Shown here piece by piece: positions 61,767-64,000 of a stretch of 64,000 nt of DNA. The stretch's first letter is position 1. Each line of letters starts with the position of its first letter. The stretch is from the NCBI RefSeq assembly GCF_051859345.1, contig NZ_JBHYFV010000013.1, forward strand, positions 34,474 to 98,473, written 5' to 3'. Below the pieces are notes generated by a model. That model was not told where the DNA came from and did not search any database. It saw only the letters and a program-made list of their open reading frames with translations. A program made the position numbers and the translations under genes. The DNA comes from Marivita sp. Its GTDB lineage: Bacteria > Pseudomonadota > Alphaproteobacteria > Rhodobacterales > Rhodobacteraceae.

Positions 61767-62794
61767 TCGCTGATCGCGTCGCGGAACGCTGTCAGGAACG
61801 CCTCGGCATTGGTGCGCAGCGACGGCCCAAGATAGCCACCTTCCTGGATCAACACGGTCGGCAACCCCATCGCGGCGATGCGGCGGGCCATTTCGGCAAA
61901 GCCTTCCGGGTAGACATCGACCGCCGCCAACGGATCGTCCGCCGCCATGTCGAACCCCAATGACACCACCATCGCCTCGGCGCCGAAAGTCTGGATCGCG
62001 GCGATGCCCCGGTCCAGGGCCGCCATCACCTCAGCCTCGCCATCGCCCATGTTCAGCACTTCGTTGAGCGACGCGCCAAGCCCGTCACCTTCGCCGGTCT
62101 CGTCGGCATAGCCGAGGTAGAAGGTCGGATAGACCGCGGGATCGGGATGCAGCGAACAGAAGAACACGTCGCCCCGGTCATAGAAGATATCAAGGCTGCC
62201 ATTGCCCGTATGTACATCCACATCCAGCAGCGCCACCTTGCCCCAGCGCCCGCGCATGTGATGCGCCGCGATGCAGGCGTTGTTGTAGAAACAGAACCCG
62301 TTCGAGCAGTCGGTCATCGCGTGGTGCCCTGGCGGGCGGCTCAGCCCGTAAGAAGCGTGTGCGCCGTCCATCACGTCCTTGGCCGCCGACACAGCGGTTT
62401 GTGCGGACCAGTAGATTGCCTCGTAGGTGTTTTCGGTCAGGGGAGTCGACGTGTCGGTCATCCACCAGCCCATCGCGCCGTTGATATCGGTGGGACACCG
62501 CCCGCGCCGCGTGCCGGGGTGGCGCGTCGGGATTCCCAGCGCGCCTTCGGGTGCCTCGGCCAGGAACCGTGCATAGGCATCGGCGAAGAAATCGACATAG
62601 GCGGGATCATGCACGGCCTTGATTGGACCCAGGCCAAAATCACCGGGCGCTTCGACCGGAAAGCCGTTTGCCAGCAACATGTCGCGGATCAGGATGGCGC
62701 GTTGTGGTTGTTCCGGGTGCGGCATCGGGGCGCCGCCGCGATAGTACACTTCCGGTTTGTGGCCCAGTTGGCGCTCGTCGAAAAAGGCTTTCAT
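61763..62794 (-). CDS. Histone deacetylase-family (acetylpolyamine amidohydrolase-like) Zn amidohydrolase
   Basis: RPPGHHA, GFCFYNN, DVDVHTGNG, SLH, SLGFD...DP, QEGGY. Confidence 0.92.
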   Translation of the reverse strand: MKAFFDERQLGHKPEVYYRGGAPMPHPEQPQRAILIRDMLLANGFPVEAPGDFGLGPIKAVHDPAYVDFFADAYARFLAEAPEGALGIPTRHPGTRRGRCPTDINGAMGWWMTDTSTPLTENTYEAIYWSAQTAVSAAKDVMDGAHASYGLSRPPGHHAMTDCSNGFCFYNNACIAAHHMRGRWGKVALLDVDVHTGNGSLDIFYDRGDVFFCSLHPDPAVYPTFYLGYADETGEGDGLGASLNEVLNMGDGEAEVMAALDRGIAAIQTFGAEAMVVSLGFDMAADDPLAAVDVYPEGFAEMARRIAAMGLPTVLIQEGGYLGPSLRTNAEAFLTAFRDAISD

Positions 62795-62815
62795 CAGGGT
62801 GTTCCTTGGTTGGTC

Positions 62816-63793
62816 CTAGTAGCCGGTCGTCTTGTCCACTGCCGCAGTCGGACGCTGCCCCGCATCCATCTCAAGCACCGATCTGACCAGCGCATCAGTC
62901 ACGGCCTTGGGCGAGGTGACGCTGGCTTCGTGCGGCGTGACGACGACAAGTGGATGGGTCCAGAACGGGTGATCCGCAGGCAGCGGCTCAGAGCGAAACA
63001 CGTCCAGTGACGCGCCCCCGATCTGACCGCTGTCGAGCGCGGCAAGCAGATCGTCCTCGACCAGATGTTGCCCGCGCCCCAGTTGAACAAGCGCGGCACC
63101 TTTGGGCATTTGCGCAAACAGATCGGCGTTCAGGATATCGTGGGTGGACGGGGTCAGAGGCAGCACGTTGATCAGGATGTCGGACTGCGCCGCCACCTGC
63201 TGCACCGCGTCATCACCGGACACACGCGTGATGCCGTCATCGCTTGGTCCGTCCGTACGCGTCGCAGCCAGTACGCGAAAACCCATCGTTGCCACGGTGG
63301 TCGCTATCGTGCGCCCCATCAGCCCGTAACCCAGCACACCGACCGTCACCTGCGATGGCGGGCGCAGCGTCTTGATCGTCGTCCGGTCCCATGTCGCGTC
63401 TTTTTGCGCGGCAAGGTAGTTGCCCATCTGCCGGTGATGCCAGACCACATGCCACGCGGCGAACCCCGCCATGATCGCGGCCTGTTCATCATCATGCACG
63501 CGGGTGACCACCGCCCGGTCGGGCAGGCTGGGATTGCGCAGCACGCCGTCCACTCCGGCCGCGATCACTTGCACCAGTTCGATGTTCGGATACGCCTCGA
63601 ACGCATCGGGCGCGGGCCGCCAGACCAGCGCAAAGCGGATGCGCGACGGGTCGGGCACGTCCTCGGGACGGTAAAGGCGCAGGCCCGGCTGATCCTCGAT
63701 CGCCGCACCAAAGAGATCCGGCAGGTCAAGCTGACTGCACAGGTAGACGCCTTCGATCACATCGTCCTCGGGTATGAGGGCAGGGCGGCTCAT
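62816..63793 (-). CDS. D-2-hydroxyacid dehydrogenase (GhrA-like glyoxylate/hydroxypyruvate reductase)
   Basis: ALVWRP, GVLGYGLMG, GRG, DVF..EPLP, VTPH. Confidence 0.88.
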   Translation of the reverse strand: MSRPALIPEDDVIEGVYLCSQLDLPDLFGAAIEDQPGLRLYRPEDVPDPSRIRFALVWRPAPDAFEAYPNIELVQVIAAGVDGVLRNPSLPDRAVVTRVHDDEQAAIMAGFAAWHVVWHHRQMGNYLAAQKDATWDRTTIKTLRPPSQVTVGVLGYGLMGRTIATTVATMGFRVLAATRTDGPSDDGITRVSGDDAVQQVAAQSDILINVLPLTPSTHDILNADLFAQMPKGAALVQLGRGQHLVEDDLLAALDSGQIGGASLDVFRSEPLPADHPFWTHPLVVVTPHEASVTSPKAVTDALVRSVLEMDAGQRPTAAVDKTTGY

Positions 63794-64000
63794 ATCTGCG
63801 CCTCTTTCTGCCTGGCCAAAGCAGCCTCATGCGCCTTGCCCGGAATCGCGTCCAGCAGCGATTGCGTATAGGCGGTCTGCGGATTGCCCAGCACTTGCGC
63901 GGATGGCCCGAACTCCACCATCTCGCCGCGTTGCATGACGATGATGCGGTCACAGACCTGTGCCGCCACCCGCAGATCATGGGTGATGAAGATCATCGAC
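63790..64000 (-). CDS. Peptide/opine/nickel-type ABC transporter ATP-binding protein, 3' end only
   Basis: IFITHDLRV..QVCDRIIVMQRGEMVE...P...YTQSLLDAIP; ATGA overlap with the next gene. Confidence 0.85.
   Translation of the reverse strand, partial: SMIFITHDLRVAAQVCDRIIVMQRGEMVEFGPSAQVLGNPQTAYTQSLLDAIPGKAHEAALARQKEAQI

Overview
Chromosomal segment of a high-GC alphaproteobacterium. Gene content and order point to Rhodobacteraceae/Roseobacter group (inference). Most of it is core genome: xseA/purD, pntAB, ppx/ppk, hda-like, proS, glmM-folP-folB, PPDK-like gene, glyQS, ilvC with an Lrp pair, gatB, pepN, glcB and tRNA-Arg(CCG). Small accessory insertions include an ADP-ribosylglycohydrolase plus orphan PAS kinase, an RTX/DUF4214 protein, a Hint-domain protein and an FkbM methyltransferase. 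Right of tRNA-Arg is a decaying, more AT-rich islet: an ATP-grasp ligase with an apparent ATC start, a broken partner gene, a Zn-metallopeptidase and a truncated MFS gene. It is followed by an N-succinyl-amino-acid racemase/GNAT pair converging on an HDAC-fold amidohydrolase, a 2-hydroxyacid dehydrogenase and a peptide ABC ATPase. The best leads are: (1) the racemase-GNAT-HDAC cluster; (2) the ATP-grasp islet; (3) a PPDK homolog with an eroded ATP-grasp site and an SD-sequestering leader hairpin; (4) an RTX protein with a toxin-like helical N-terminus; (5) a FolB fused to an amino-acid-kinase-like domain. I saw no CRISPR array, rRNA, transposase or integrase. All family calls come from motif recognition by eye; no database searches were run.
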